Origin: an uncultured Spirochaetota bacterium | Lineage (GTDB): Bacteria > Spirochaetota > B62-G9 > DRHN01 | Assembly (NCBI GenBank): GCA_964583615.1 | Contig: CAZOWM010000013.1 | Coordinates: 6,237 to 70,236, forward strand | Direction of reading: 5' to 3' | DNA: 64,000 nt | Shown: piece after piece, positions 19,977 to 28,796 of the stretch | How the letters are laid out: each line of letters begins with the position of its first letter | Numbering within the stretch: the stretch's first letter is position 1 | Position numbers and translations under genes: made by a program | Notes under the pieces: model-generated | The model's database searches: none | The model's input: the letters and a program-made list of their open reading frames with translations, nothing else | Told to the model about the DNA's origin: nothing

Positions 19977-21689
19977 TTACCCCACCATGACTCTTTCTTC
20001 GGGATATGTCACGAGTCTGGAGCTCTGCACATTTCTGATCGCGAGCACAATGGTGAGCGGTCCGAGCCTTCCCACGAACATCGTGAGCATCACAACGATC
20101 TTTCCGAAATCACTCAGTAAGGGAGTAATGCCCGTAGACAATCCAACGGTTCCAAAAGCAGAAACAGTTTCAAAATATACCTCCATAAAACTGAACTGTT
20201 CCGAGAACCCGAGCAGAATTGTCCCTGTAATTACCAGCCCCATTGCGCTCACAAGTATCGCGATCGCCCTGTTTACCACCTGGTAAGGTATCCTTCGCTT
20301 AAAGATGGTATTGAACCGCTGATCCCTGAGTATCGTAATGATCGAAAGAATGAGAGTAAAGAACGTCGTCGTCTTGATTCCCCCACCCGTGGATCCTGGG
20401 GACGCCCCGATAAACATCAGGATACTCATGAGAAAGAGAGTTTTCGGGTCAAGGGCCGCAGTGTCCACCGTATTGAAACCTGCAGTGCGCGTGGTCACCG
20501 ACTGAAAGATCGATGAAAGCACCCTTTCATGTCTTTCATAGGATGAAAAAAGTGATCGTCTCTCAAAAAAGAAAATATTCACTGCCCCGAATACGATGAG
20601 TGCGAGTGAGGTGAGAATCACTATCCTGGTCTGCACAGTGATTCGTTCGTTCTTCCCGTACACCGTTCTTCTGAACAGATTTAAAAGAACGGTAAAGCCG
20701 AGCCCCCCCAGAATGATAAGAAGAATGAGCACAAAATTTGCCCACGCGTTCGAGCGCGCGCTTATAAAACTGTCGGAGAAAAGCGAAAAACCTGCATTGC
20801 AGAAAGCGGACACCGAATGAAAAATCGAATAGAAGAGAGCCTCCCAGGAGCTGCTGAATCTTCCGAAGAAGTAGGAAAAAAAGAACAGTACTCCCACCGC
20901 TTCGATGGAAAAGGTTATGAACACGATAGAACGTATTATGGCATAGAGATTTCTTAAATTTTGAGTATCGAGGAGTGCGGCAGTGGAAAACCGGCCGTGG
21001 AGACTCATCTGGCTTCCCAGGGATACCTGAATGAACGCGGCGATTGTCATGATCCCCAGTCCCCCTACCTGTATGAGGAGAATCAAAAAGACCTGCCCGA
21101 CACGAGAAAACGCAGTGCCCGTATCAACCACAATGAGCCCGGTCACGCAGACCGCAGATGTAGATGTGAACAGGGCGTCGATATACCTCATCGCCTCCCC
21201 CCGCGGGCGTGAATACGGGAGATAGAGAAGAAACGAACCGATTACGATGATACTCGCAAAGCTCATGACGATGAGCTGAGCGGGGTTCATCTTGAAAAAC
21301 CGCGAAATATCGTGTATCCTGCTGAGCTTCGAGATAAACTTCGTGAAAAGAACCACCTCGATCGCTCCCAGATACATCTTTGAATAGATGAAGAGAAATC
21401 GATGTGTTTCCGTAACCGAGATAAACTTGTAGTGGATATAGAAGAGCACGAGAAGTGACACAAAAAGCGGCCAGTACATTCTCATGTATGATTTCAGCCG
21501 CGGATGAAGCAGGAACTGGAAAACCAGTTCGAACATGTAGAGAACAATCAGGATTCTCCCGACCTGGTACACAAAAGGCCTGAATGTATGGCCCATCTCA
21601 AAGAGAACCCAGATGAAGATATCGAGTTCCACAAAGAGGATGAAGAGATCGAAGTAGTTTGATACTTTCTCACGCGTCCTATATTTCAT
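19977..21689 (-). CDS. trkH: TrkH/KtrB-family potassium transporter with extra N-terminal TM helices
   Basis: 570 aa multi-TM protein with repeated pore-loop segments (GGLG, GGGIKT-like). About 100-aa N-terminal hydrophobic extension. Confidence 0.8.
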   Translation of the reverse strand: MKYRTREKVSNYFDLFILFVELDIFIWVLFEMGHTFRPFVYQVGRILIVLYMFELVFQFLLHPRLKSYMRMYWPLFVSLLVLFYIHYKFISVTETHRFLFIYSKMYLGAIEVVLFTKFISKLSRIHDISRFFKMNPAQLIVMSFASIIVIGSFLLYLPYSRPRGEAMRYIDALFTSTSAVCVTGLIVVDTGTAFSRVGQVFLILLIQVGGLGIMTIAAFIQVSLGSQMSLHGRFSTAALLDTQNLRNLYAIIRSIVFITFSIEAVGVLFFFSYFFGRFSSSWEALFYSIFHSVSAFCNAGFSLFSDSFISARSNAWANFVLILLIILGGLGFTVLLNLFRRTVYGKNERITVQTRIVILTSLALIVFGAVNIFFFERRSLFSSYERHERVLSSIFQSVTTRTAGFNTVDTAALDPKTLFLMSILMFIGASPGSTGGGIKTTTFFTLILSIITILRDQRFNTIFKRRIPYQVVNRAIAILVSAMGLVITGTILLGFSEQFSFMEVYFETVSAFGTVGLSTGITPLLSDFGKIVVMLTMFVGRLGPLTIVLAIRNVQSSRLVTYPEERVMVG

Positions 21690-22923
21690 ATGTCAAAGGC
21701 TCTTTATTTGCAAAAGTAAGAACCCTGCATCCCTGTTTCTCAACCACGATGTCATCCTCGATTCGAACACCGTATCTGCCTGGAAGATAAATTCCTGGTT
21801 CCACAGTGAGAACCATGTTTTCCTCAAACCGATTATGAAAAGATGCCGACGGATAACTGTCGTCGTGAACATCGAGTCCGAGGCTGTGACCGAGGCTGTG
21901 AATGAAACGCCCCTTGTAAAGATCGTGGCTGTCGATGCAGGCCCTCACCTCACGGTCCACACGATCGGAGAGCTCACCTTCCATGATCATGTCCAACGCG
22001 AGCTGCTGAGCACTGAGCACGGCACCATATAGATCGAGAACCTCTTTTTCGGGATTTCCAGTGAGATACGTGCGTGTTATGTCGGACGCATACCCCTCGA
22101 AGTACGCGCCGAAATCAGCGAGCACGACATCTCCGTTTTTCAGCCGAATGCAACCGCCGGGGTAATGGGGCATACTCGTGTTTTTTGAGAATGCAGCGAT
22201 CGTTCGAAATGCCGGCCCGTGCGCACCCTTCTTTTTCATCATGTAGTCGATCTCCGTGCTGAGATCAAGCTCCTTCATTCCTTCGGTCAGCAGCGAAGGG
22301 ATGCGCTCAGCTACCTCGCTAATAATCCTGCACCCCTTTTCAATTTTTTGGATTTCGTCTTCTGTTTTGATCATCCGTGTGTCTCTGAAAGCGGTGCCCA
22401 CATCCACCGTTTCGGCCTGCTCTGCAATCTCCAGAATGAAAAGATAAAACATGTGGGAAACAGATCCGTAGTTTATACCAATCTTCGGATACTTCGAGAG
22501 GGCCGATGCGAGGATACTGTTTTTTTCCTTCTCATTCCGGTAGACGAGTATCTCTGCATGATTTTCGAGTGCGCGGGCAGCCTCTTCCTCGAGCGCAGTG
22601 GTAAAAAGTGCAATTTTCCCCTCTTTTTCCACAATAACGCCGCAGTTATCAAACACCCCGCCTGAAAGACCGGTCAGGTAGAAAAAGTTGTTGTCTATCC
22701 GTTCATTGTTGAAGACGAGGATCGCATCCGGCAGCCGATCATCGGGGATATGCGCAAAGAGTGCACGCGATCTTTTTCGTATACCTTCCAAAATACGTTT
22801 CCTGTCATCGTGTGTATTGCGCCTAAGGGCACCCACCCATAAGTATATCCATGAATATTCTCTCTTGGCAATGAGAAATAACGAGCTGAAGACGATATAC
22901 AAAAGGTAAAAAAGGGGAATCAA
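21679..22923 (-). CDS. M24-family metallopeptidase (Xaa-Pro aminopeptidase/dipeptidase-like)
   Basis: Creatinase-type N domain plus pita-bread domain with metal ligands (HSLGHSLGLDVHD, …VEPG…RIED). N-terminal hydrophobic segment, so the real start may be internal. Confidence 0.8.
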   Translation of the reverse strand: MIPLFYLLYIVFSSLFLIAKREYSWIYLWVGALRRNTHDDRKRILEGIRKRSRALFAHIPDDRLPDAILVFNNERIDNNFFYLTGLSGGVFDNCGVIVEKEGKIALFTTALEEEAARALENHAEILVYRNEKEKNSILASALSKYPKIGINYGSVSHMFYLFILEIAEQAETVDVGTAFRDTRMIKTEDEIQKIEKGCRIISEVAERIPSLLTEGMKELDLSTEIDYMMKKKGAHGPAFRTIAAFSKNTSMPHYPGGCIRLKNGDVVLADFGAYFEGYASDITRTYLTGNPEKEVLDLYGAVLSAQQLALDMIMEGELSDRVDREVRACIDSHDLYKGRFIHSLGHSLGLDVHDDSYPSASFHNRFEENMVLTVEPGIYLPGRYGVRIEDDIVVEKQGCRVLTFANKEPLTYEI

Positions 22924-23699
22924 AATTGTGTCATGTATCCAATTTTCAGCAATCGTACGATCCTGTCGATGAACGGTGAATACTTGAACTCCAGTGATAA
23001 AGAGATAAATTCAGCAACATAGAAGTCAAAAGAAAAGTTATAAAAAATTTCGTCCCAGCGATCTTCAGAAAAATAAACATTCTCAATTTCCCCTTTCACC
23101 CCGAATGAAGGACTGAAGGAAATGTCAGTTCCGACAAAGAGCGAAAAGTTTTCGGGCTGAGAAAAATCAAGCGGCATTATCGGGTACCGGAAACCGTATG
23201 AGAGCCCCTGTTCGAATCCGAAAAGGTAATACCGAAGAGACGAGACAATGTAAAACCCGTTCACCGTGTCGCCACTGACTTTGCTGACCTCACCTTTTGC
23301 GAAATATGAGTAGCCCACTGCGAGAGGCGGGAGGAATCTGCTCCCGTCAGATAACAAAAACCGCGCGAGAACACCGGGTTGTTCCCACTCCATCTCTTCA
23401 CTGCCGATCATCTGTCCAACGTCAAAATACACACCGAGAAATGCATAGTCCGAAACCGAGAGCACCGCACTTCCAAGTATGCCTCCCCTGTCATACATGG
23501 TGAAATCGAAATGAAGTTCACCCTTGTAGGCAGTATATGTCTTGGGGGTATCGATCACATTGAGGTCGTAGGGCCCGGCCCAACTGAATAGCGGTACCGC
23601 GGTGAACACCAGAGAAAAAAGGATGAAAAAATAGTATAATCGCCTGCCACGCATTTTTTCCCCCGATCTTTTTTCTTTTAATATCGGATGAAAAAACAT
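22920..23699 (-). CDS. Probable outer-membrane beta-barrel protein (hypothetical)
   Basis: Signal-like N-terminus, alternating amphipathic pattern, C-terminal …IGYMTQF ending in Phe. Confidence 0.4.
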   Translation of the reverse strand: MFFHPILKEKRSGEKMRGRRLYYFFILFSLVFTAVPLFSWAGPYDLNVIDTPKTYTAYKGELHFDFTMYDRGGILGSAVLSVSDYAFLGVYFDVGQMIGSEEMEWEQPGVLARFLLSDGSRFLPPLAVGYSYFAKGEVSKVSGDTVNGFYIVSSLRYYLFGFEQGLSYGFRYPIMPLDFSQPENFSLFVGTDISFSPSFGVKGEIENVYFSEDRWDEIFYNFSFDFYVAEFISLSLEFKYSPFIDRIVRLLKIGYMTQF

Positions 23700-23711
23700 C
23701 CACTTAACCTG

Positions 23712-23755
23712 TACAGAAAAAGAAAGGCGGGCTTAGGGCCCGCCTCCGTTTTTGG
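23712..23755. terminator. Bidirectional rho-independent terminator downstream of the first radical SAM gene
   Basis: 8-bp stem AGGCGGGC/GCCCGCCT (23725..23745) with 5-nt loop. T-run on the plus strand (TCCGTTTTTGG) and on the minus strand (TTTCTTTTTCT). Confidence 0.6.
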
Positions 23756-23777
23756 AATCAGTATTCTTTATGCGTGA

Positions 23778-25205
23778 TTAGACGGAAACCATCTCCTTTT
23801 TTTTCTGCGCTCTTTTTTTCCTCCCGTTTCCTCTTCCTTCCATGAGCATGGAGACGGCGGAAAGATGCCCCTTGTAGGTGTTGTTTTCGTATTCCTCTCT
23901 CCATGCTCTGTCAGCGATCTCGCCGTATTTTTTCGCATACTCGTCGATCTCGGGAGCAAGGGTGGTGATAATCGACTCCGATCCCTTGTGCGTGGGGTGC
24001 GCACCTCCCTCCCTGACCGCTTCCCGAAGCACATGCGGATTATCAATGATCGTACACGGCCTGAGGAGGTTTTCGTTGTACGGCCTCCTATTTTTCAGCG
24101 CCATGAAAAACGGGGATTCGAGAACTTCCTTCAGACTCTTCGTCTTTATGTTGTCTGCTGCAAAATGGCAGAATACGCAGGGTTCCACATCTCCATTGGA
24201 AATGATGTGGAGATACTCATATCCGCCTGCGAGACATCCGTTTGTCAATATTCCATCGTTCCAGAAATCTGCCAGAACGACTTTTTTGGTATCCCGCAGT
24301 TCGATAATCCGCTTTCTCCTGTAATCCCTCTGCTCGGGAGTGGGCATGAGTTCAAGGTTCGGCTTTTTCCCGATCGGAATGTAGTTGAAATACCAGCCAA
24401 TGTAGATTCCCTTGTCCACATAGAAATCCACGAACTCATCACTCACGATGAGCTCATTGTTCTGCCGGGTTGCGGTGGCGGAAAACCCGAATATCACGCC
24501 TCGCTCCTTCAGCCTGTCCATCGCATCGGAAATTTTTCTGAATGTTCCCTTTCCTCTTCTCTCGTCGGTTTCTTTTTCAAATCCTTCAACACTGATGCAC
24601 GGCAGTGCGTTCCCCAGACGCGCAAACTCATCGGCCCGCCGGTCGTCTATCAGTGTGCCGTTCGTATAGATCTGAAAAATGGCATCGGGGTGCATCTCAA
24701 GTATCTCGACCAGATGTGGCCACACATTCGGTTCTCCTCCAGAAATCACGAAGAAGAAAATGCCCATATTTTTCGCTTCGTTGAGCACTCTGTTGACGAT
24801 GCTGAAATCCAGATCTTCTCCCTTTTTGTAGTCTCCCGCATAACAGCCGTAACAGTTCAGATTGCACTTCATGGTGGGACTTATCACCATGAGAGAAGGC
24901 ATCTGATATCCGTTTTGCTCGTAGAAATGCTTTCTCCTCGGAGCGTACAGGGTGTAAGGTTTTACGATGAAGTTCTGGACAAACTTTTCCTTCACATTTT
25001 TGGAAAGCGTCGGGAACCCTCTGTGAAGCCTTCTCAGCATCAGATCGATCATAATCGCGGCTTCAGGCATGGACTGACGTGTAACCAGGGGATGAACGAG
25101 TTTCATCCATTTTTCTTCAGATATGCTCGACATGAGCATTAAGGCAGTTTTTGCACCGATGGTGACGGCCTGTGTTTTCAGTGCGCTTTTCAAAGACATG
25201 ACCAA
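23778..25205 (-). CDS. Radical SAM enzyme with twitch/SPASM-type C-terminal cysteine domain and about 110-aa N-terminal extension (paralog 1)
   Basis: CNLNCYGCYA (CxxxCxxC), ISGGEP, YTNGTLID, C-terminal NGCLAGG…PCVFC…RPC. About 45% identical in the aligned core to the gene at 46165..47604. Confidence 0.85.
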   Translation of the reverse strand: MVMSLKSALKTQAVTIGAKTALMLMSSISEEKWMKLVHPLVTRQSMPEAAIMIDLMLRRLHRGFPTLSKNVKEKFVQNFIVKPYTLYAPRRKHFYEQNGYQMPSLMVISPTMKCNLNCYGCYAGDYKKGEDLDFSIVNRVLNEAKNMGIFFFVISGGEPNVWPHLVEILEMHPDAIFQIYTNGTLIDDRRADEFARLGNALPCISVEGFEKETDERRGKGTFRKISDAMDRLKERGVIFGFSATATRQNNELIVSDEFVDFYVDKGIYIGWYFNYIPIGKKPNLELMPTPEQRDYRRKRIIELRDTKKVVLADFWNDGILTNGCLAGGYEYLHIISNGDVEPCVFCHFAADNIKTKSLKEVLESPFFMALKNRRPYNENLLRPCTIIDNPHVLREAVREGGAHPTHKGSESIITTLAPEIDEYAKKYGEIADRAWREEYENNTYKGHLSAVSMLMEGRGNGRKKRAQKKKEMVSV

Positions 25206-25331
25206 CCCCCCTCGAAATTTATTGAATGTATACGCAACAACAGCACGGAATCATAGAAGAGCAGCAGTGCATATAAGCCATATATGCACGCGAGACCCCG
25301 GCGGACAGGCCGGGATTGGAATCGGATACGT

Positions 25332-25586
25332 TTACAGGTCTCCGAGGTACTCTTTGGACAGGATTTCCAGGAATCGATCACCTCCCTTTACCCGTTGGAG
25401 CGTTTTCTGAATGAACGCACGCAGGCTTCCTGAATCCTTCCCGTAATTCTTTACGAGCTCTTCGGCCTCCTTTCTCTCAGAGAGGAGATAATTGATATAC
25501 GTTGAGAGCGGGACCATATCACGCTGGTCATTGAGCCAGGTGTAGATATCCTCATCGATCGTAATATTGATCTTAATTTTATTCAT
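25332..25586 (-). CDS. Ribbon-helix-helix (CopG/Arc-like) small DNA-binding protein
   Basis: 84 aa. N-terminal beta-strand KINITIDEDIY followed by two helices (TWLNDQ…STYINYLLSERKE). GAGGAG Shine-Dalgarno 6 nt upstream. Immediately upstream of the radical SAM gene. Confidence 0.45.
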   Translation of the reverse strand: MNKIKINITIDEDIYTWLNDQRDMVPLSTYINYLLSERKEAEELVKNYGKDSGSLRAFIQKTLQRVKGGDRFLEILSKEYLGDL

Positions 25587-25613
25587 ATACTACTCCTCTC
25601 ATAAGTATGATTG

Positions 25614-25642
25614 ATACTACCATGAATTGTAAAACGAGTCAA
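25614..25642 (-). promoter_or_regulatory. Sigma-70-like promoter with extended -10 (TTGACT-N17-TGGTAGTAT) and AGTAT-N5-ATACT inverted repeat overlapping the -10
   Basis: Minus-strand TTGACT (25637..25642), 17-nt spacer, TGG+TAGTAT (25614..25622). The inverted repeat AGTATCAATCATACT spans the -10. The same TGGTAGTAT box is found at the second radical SAM locus. Confidence 0.4.
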
Positions 25643-25647
25643 TAAAA

Positions 25648-25956
25648 TTATTCGTCCGTGTTCCGCTTGATAAACTTGAAGATCACCTCTCCCCTTTTCT
25701 TGAAACCGAGTTCCCGAGCATATGCTTCAGCATACTCTCTGTCGTTTTTCAGGCTTTCTATCTCCCAGCTGAGCCTCTCTTTTTCTGTCTTCAGCAGGCT
25801 GATCTCCTCTTCAATAACCTGAAGCTCCCGGCGCATGTTTTCCCTTTTGATGATCCCGCCGTTGCCGTAGATGATGATGTACACGATCCAGAATGAAAAG
25901 AGGAAAAAGATGAAATATATAACGATGTGCAATCTGTTCTGCAGAAGTTTTTTCAT
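25648..25956 (-). CDS. FtsB/DivIC-like septum formation initiator
   Basis: 102 aa. Single N-terminal TM helix followed by a coiled-coil (…ELQVIEEEISLLKTEKERLSWEIESLKND…). Confidence 0.6.
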   Translation of the reverse strand: MKKLLQNRLHIVIYFIFFLFSFWIVYIIIYGNGGIIKRENMRRELQVIEEEISLLKTEKERLSWEIESLKNDREYAEAYARELGFKKRGEVIFKFIKRNTDE

Positions 25957-26390
25957 TCTAAAAAAATGTACGTCACATTTTCCGGTTTACTTTAGCTGCA
26001 CCACCCCAAAACATTGAAAAATGAAACCGAGTTCTCTGGAATCGTGCCTGTAAATAGATTACACTGAATTCTTCGAAAAAAGAGCTGAGCGAGGATAAAA
26101 AAGAGGAGTACGGGCCGCTTTTTCTTCTCGTCCTCCCGTCCAAAAAAAAGATAATGGAATCCCTTCGCGCAGGAGAAATACGGCTCACCGCATATTGGAA
26201 TACCGAATCCACCGCTATTACGCTGAGTCTGGGGAAACGCAAAGATGCGGAGTTTTACACTCTCTCTGTTCAGTACGAGAGCCTGAGCCGGGTTGAAGAA
26301 CTGAAAAAAGGGAAAAAGAAAGGCAGTCAAGGAAGAGCTGTTCAACGCGCTCTGATCAGGTGTGCCTGCGTGCTTTTTCGCCCAACGCTG

Positions 26391-27638
26391 CTATGTACGA
26401 AGATTCCCGTTTCCACGCACAACCCATTTGTAGCTCGTGAGTTCTCCGAGGCCCATCGGCCCCCTGGCATGAAGCTTGTCCGTACTGATGCCGATCTCTG
26501 CTCCAAGACCGAACACACCGCCGTCACTCAACCTTGTTGATGCATTCACTGTGACAACGGCTGAATCTATCATATCTACGAATTGCTGTATGTGCCTGGT
26601 ATCCTCCGATATAATTCCATCCGTGTGGTTGCTTCCGTACCTTTCAATATGGGCAATCGCTTCCTCGATGGAATCAACTATCCGCACATTCATGACAAGG
26701 TCTAAATATTCCGTGTAAAAGTCCTGCTCCGTTGCATGCTCGATATTTTTGAGTATTTTTTTTGTCCGTTCACACCCTTTCATCCTTACATTCTCGAGCT
26801 TTTGCCGGAGCCGCGGTAAGAACTGTGCGCTTATCTTTTGGTGTACGAGCAGGGTTTCAAGTGCATTACAGGTGCCGGGCCTCTGCACTTTTGCGTTGTG
26901 TACCACGGACAGCGCCATTTCGGTATCGCATTTCTCATCGATGTAAAGGTGGCACACCCCCTTGTAGTGCTTGATTACAGGAACCGTTGCCTGTTCGGCA
27001 ACTGTCCTTATCAAAGACTCACCGCCGCGGGGAATCACAAGATCCACATACTCCGCCTGTTTCACGAGCCAGGTTACTCCCTCATGCTCACGCCTTTCGA
27101 CCAGCTGTACCGCATCCGACGGGACTCCCGTATCCTCAAGGCCCTCCCTTATGAGCGCAGTGAGCGCCCTGTTGCTTTCCAGTGCGTCACTGCCGCCCCG
27201 GAGAATCACAGAGTTGCCGGATTTCAGACACAGCGCTGCGGCTTCGACCGTGACGTTCGGTCTGGACTCATAGATCATTGCAACAACACCGATGGGGATT
27301 CTCACTTTTTCCAGTATAAATCCCTGAGGGCGCCTTACGCCTGCAACCTGCCCGACCGGGTCTTCAAAGGCAGCGATCTCCTTCAAAGACTGCACCATCC
27401 CGTCAACACGGCTCCGGCTGAGTTCGAGTCTGTCGAGAAACGCCGCGGAGAGACCTGAATTTTTTCCCTGCACGAGGTCGTGCCGGTTGGCTTCGATTAC
27501 TGATTCCTGTCTCATCTGTATGAGGTCTGCAATCCTTTGAAGCGCACTGTTTTTTTCCTCAGCGCGTTTCCCCCTGAGCACTACTGAAGCACTCTTTGCC
27601 TTTCTTGCCATATCTTTGATATAGGTCTGAATATCCAT
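26391..27638 (-). CDS. proA: Glutamate-5-semialdehyde dehydrogenase (gamma-glutamyl phosphate reductase)
   Basis: 415 aa. ALDH-fold ProA with catalytic Cys region and the ProA C-terminus (…VVRGNGNLRT). Confidence 0.9.
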   Translation of the reverse strand: MDIQTYIKDMARKAKSASVVLRGKRAEEKNSALQRIADLIQMRQESVIEANRHDLVQGKNSGLSAAFLDRLELSRSRVDGMVQSLKEIAAFEDPVGQVAGVRRPQGFILEKVRIPIGVVAMIYESRPNVTVEAAALCLKSGNSVILRGGSDALESNRALTALIREGLEDTGVPSDAVQLVERREHEGVTWLVKQAEYVDLVIPRGGESLIRTVAEQATVPVIKHYKGVCHLYIDEKCDTEMALSVVHNAKVQRPGTCNALETLLVHQKISAQFLPRLRQKLENVRMKGCERTKKILKNIEHATEQDFYTEYLDLVMNVRIVDSIEEAIAHIERYGSNHTDGIISEDTRHIQQFVDMIDSAVVTVNASTRLSDGGVFGLGAEIGISTDKLHARGPMGLGELTSYKWVVRGNGNLRT

Positions 27639-27647
27639 GCACTCACC

Positions 27648-28778
27648 TCACATATTGATAAGTATTACCATGTTGTCGCGGTGAACAACTTCTTCAAAAT
27701 ATGTGGCAACACCGAGAGTTGCGGGAATCATTTTTGTTCTCATCCCCTTTATACGGTTCAGTTCCTCGCTCGAAAAGTTGGACAGGCCCCGTGCAATTTC
27801 TTCATCCCCCTCATTTCGTATGGAGATGTTTCCCCCGACACCAAAGTCGCCTTTCACCGATAAAACCCCAACCGGAAGAAGTGACTTTTTTTCCTCCACA
27901 ATCGCCTTTTCACCGCCCCGGTCGATGTACACACTTCCTTCAATCTTCGAATTGAACGCAATCCATTTTTTTCTCCCTTTGATTCGTTTTGTGGACGGCG
28001 GACAGTAACTGCCGATCTCTTCACCGGTAATGATCTTTTTGAGATCAACCGTCTTTCCATTTCCGATAATGACCCCCACCCCCCCCTTTGTGGCTGTCCT
28101 CGCCGCATAGAGCTTTGACTCCATCCCTCCCGAGGAAAACAGCGACCCCTTTCCCCTGGCACTGTTCAGAACAGTGTGCGTGATCTGCGGAATCGTCTTC
28201 AATATGCGCGCCCCCTGATTCTGTTTGGGGTTTCTGTCATACACACCGTCGATATCCGTGAGTATCAGAAGCAGATCCGCATCGATCATTATTGAGAGGT
28301 GAGCTGCGAGAAGGTCGTTGTCACCGAACCTGATCTCTTCGAATGCAACTGTATCGTTTTCGTTTACCACAGGAATCGAACCGTAACTCCAGAGCGTAAA
28401 GATCGTATTCCGAACGTTGAGGTATCTCCTTCTTTGATGGACATCATCATAGGTGAGGAGAATCTGAGCCGTCTCCAGACCGCTTTTGTGAAACAGTTCC
28501 TCGTAAGCATGCATGAGACTGCTCTGCCCAACCGAAGCTGCTGCCTGAAGCAGATTGAGCTCGCTCGGTCTTGTCTCTATCCCTAATCTGCGCAAACCGA
28601 GTGCAATCGCCCCTGAGCTCACGATTATAAAATTTCTCTTCCCGTCATATATGCCTGATATCTGCTGAACAATGGATTCCATGATTGAAGTCGAGATTCT
28701 GTTGTCACGTTCAGTCAGGACATTTGTCCCGATTTTAATGACAATTCGTTCGGACTGTGCGACGTATTCTCTGGACAA
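27648..28778 (-). CDS. proB: Glutamate 5-kinase (with PUA domain)
   Basis: RIVIKIGTNVLT amino-acid kinase N-terminus. 376 aa including C-terminal PUA. Confidence 0.9.
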   Translation of the reverse strand: MSREYVAQSERIVIKIGTNVLTERDNRISTSIMESIVQQISGIYDGKRNFIIVSSGAIALGLRRLGIETRPSELNLLQAAASVGQSSLMHAYEELFHKSGLETAQILLTYDDVHQRRRYLNVRNTIFTLWSYGSIPVVNENDTVAFEEIRFGDNDLLAAHLSIMIDADLLLILTDIDGVYDRNPKQNQGARILKTIPQITHTVLNSARGKGSLFSSGGMESKLYAARTATKGGVGVIIGNGKTVDLKKIITGEEIGSYCPPSTKRIKGRKKWIAFNSKIEGSVYIDRGGEKAIVEEKKSLLPVGVLSVKGDFGVGGNISIRNEGDEEIARGLSNFSSEELNRIKGMRTKMIPATLGVATYFEEVVHRDNMVILINM

Positions 28779-28796
28779 TGTGCGTGCCCCTGACTG

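Noticed and set aside
23865-25142. 425-aa plus-strand ORF spanning almost the whole first radical SAM gene
   Set aside because: It is antisense to a minus-strand frame carrying unmistakable CxxxCxxC, GGE and SPASM motifs. The plus-frame product is Arg/His/Pro-rich with no motifs, a typical antisense artefact.
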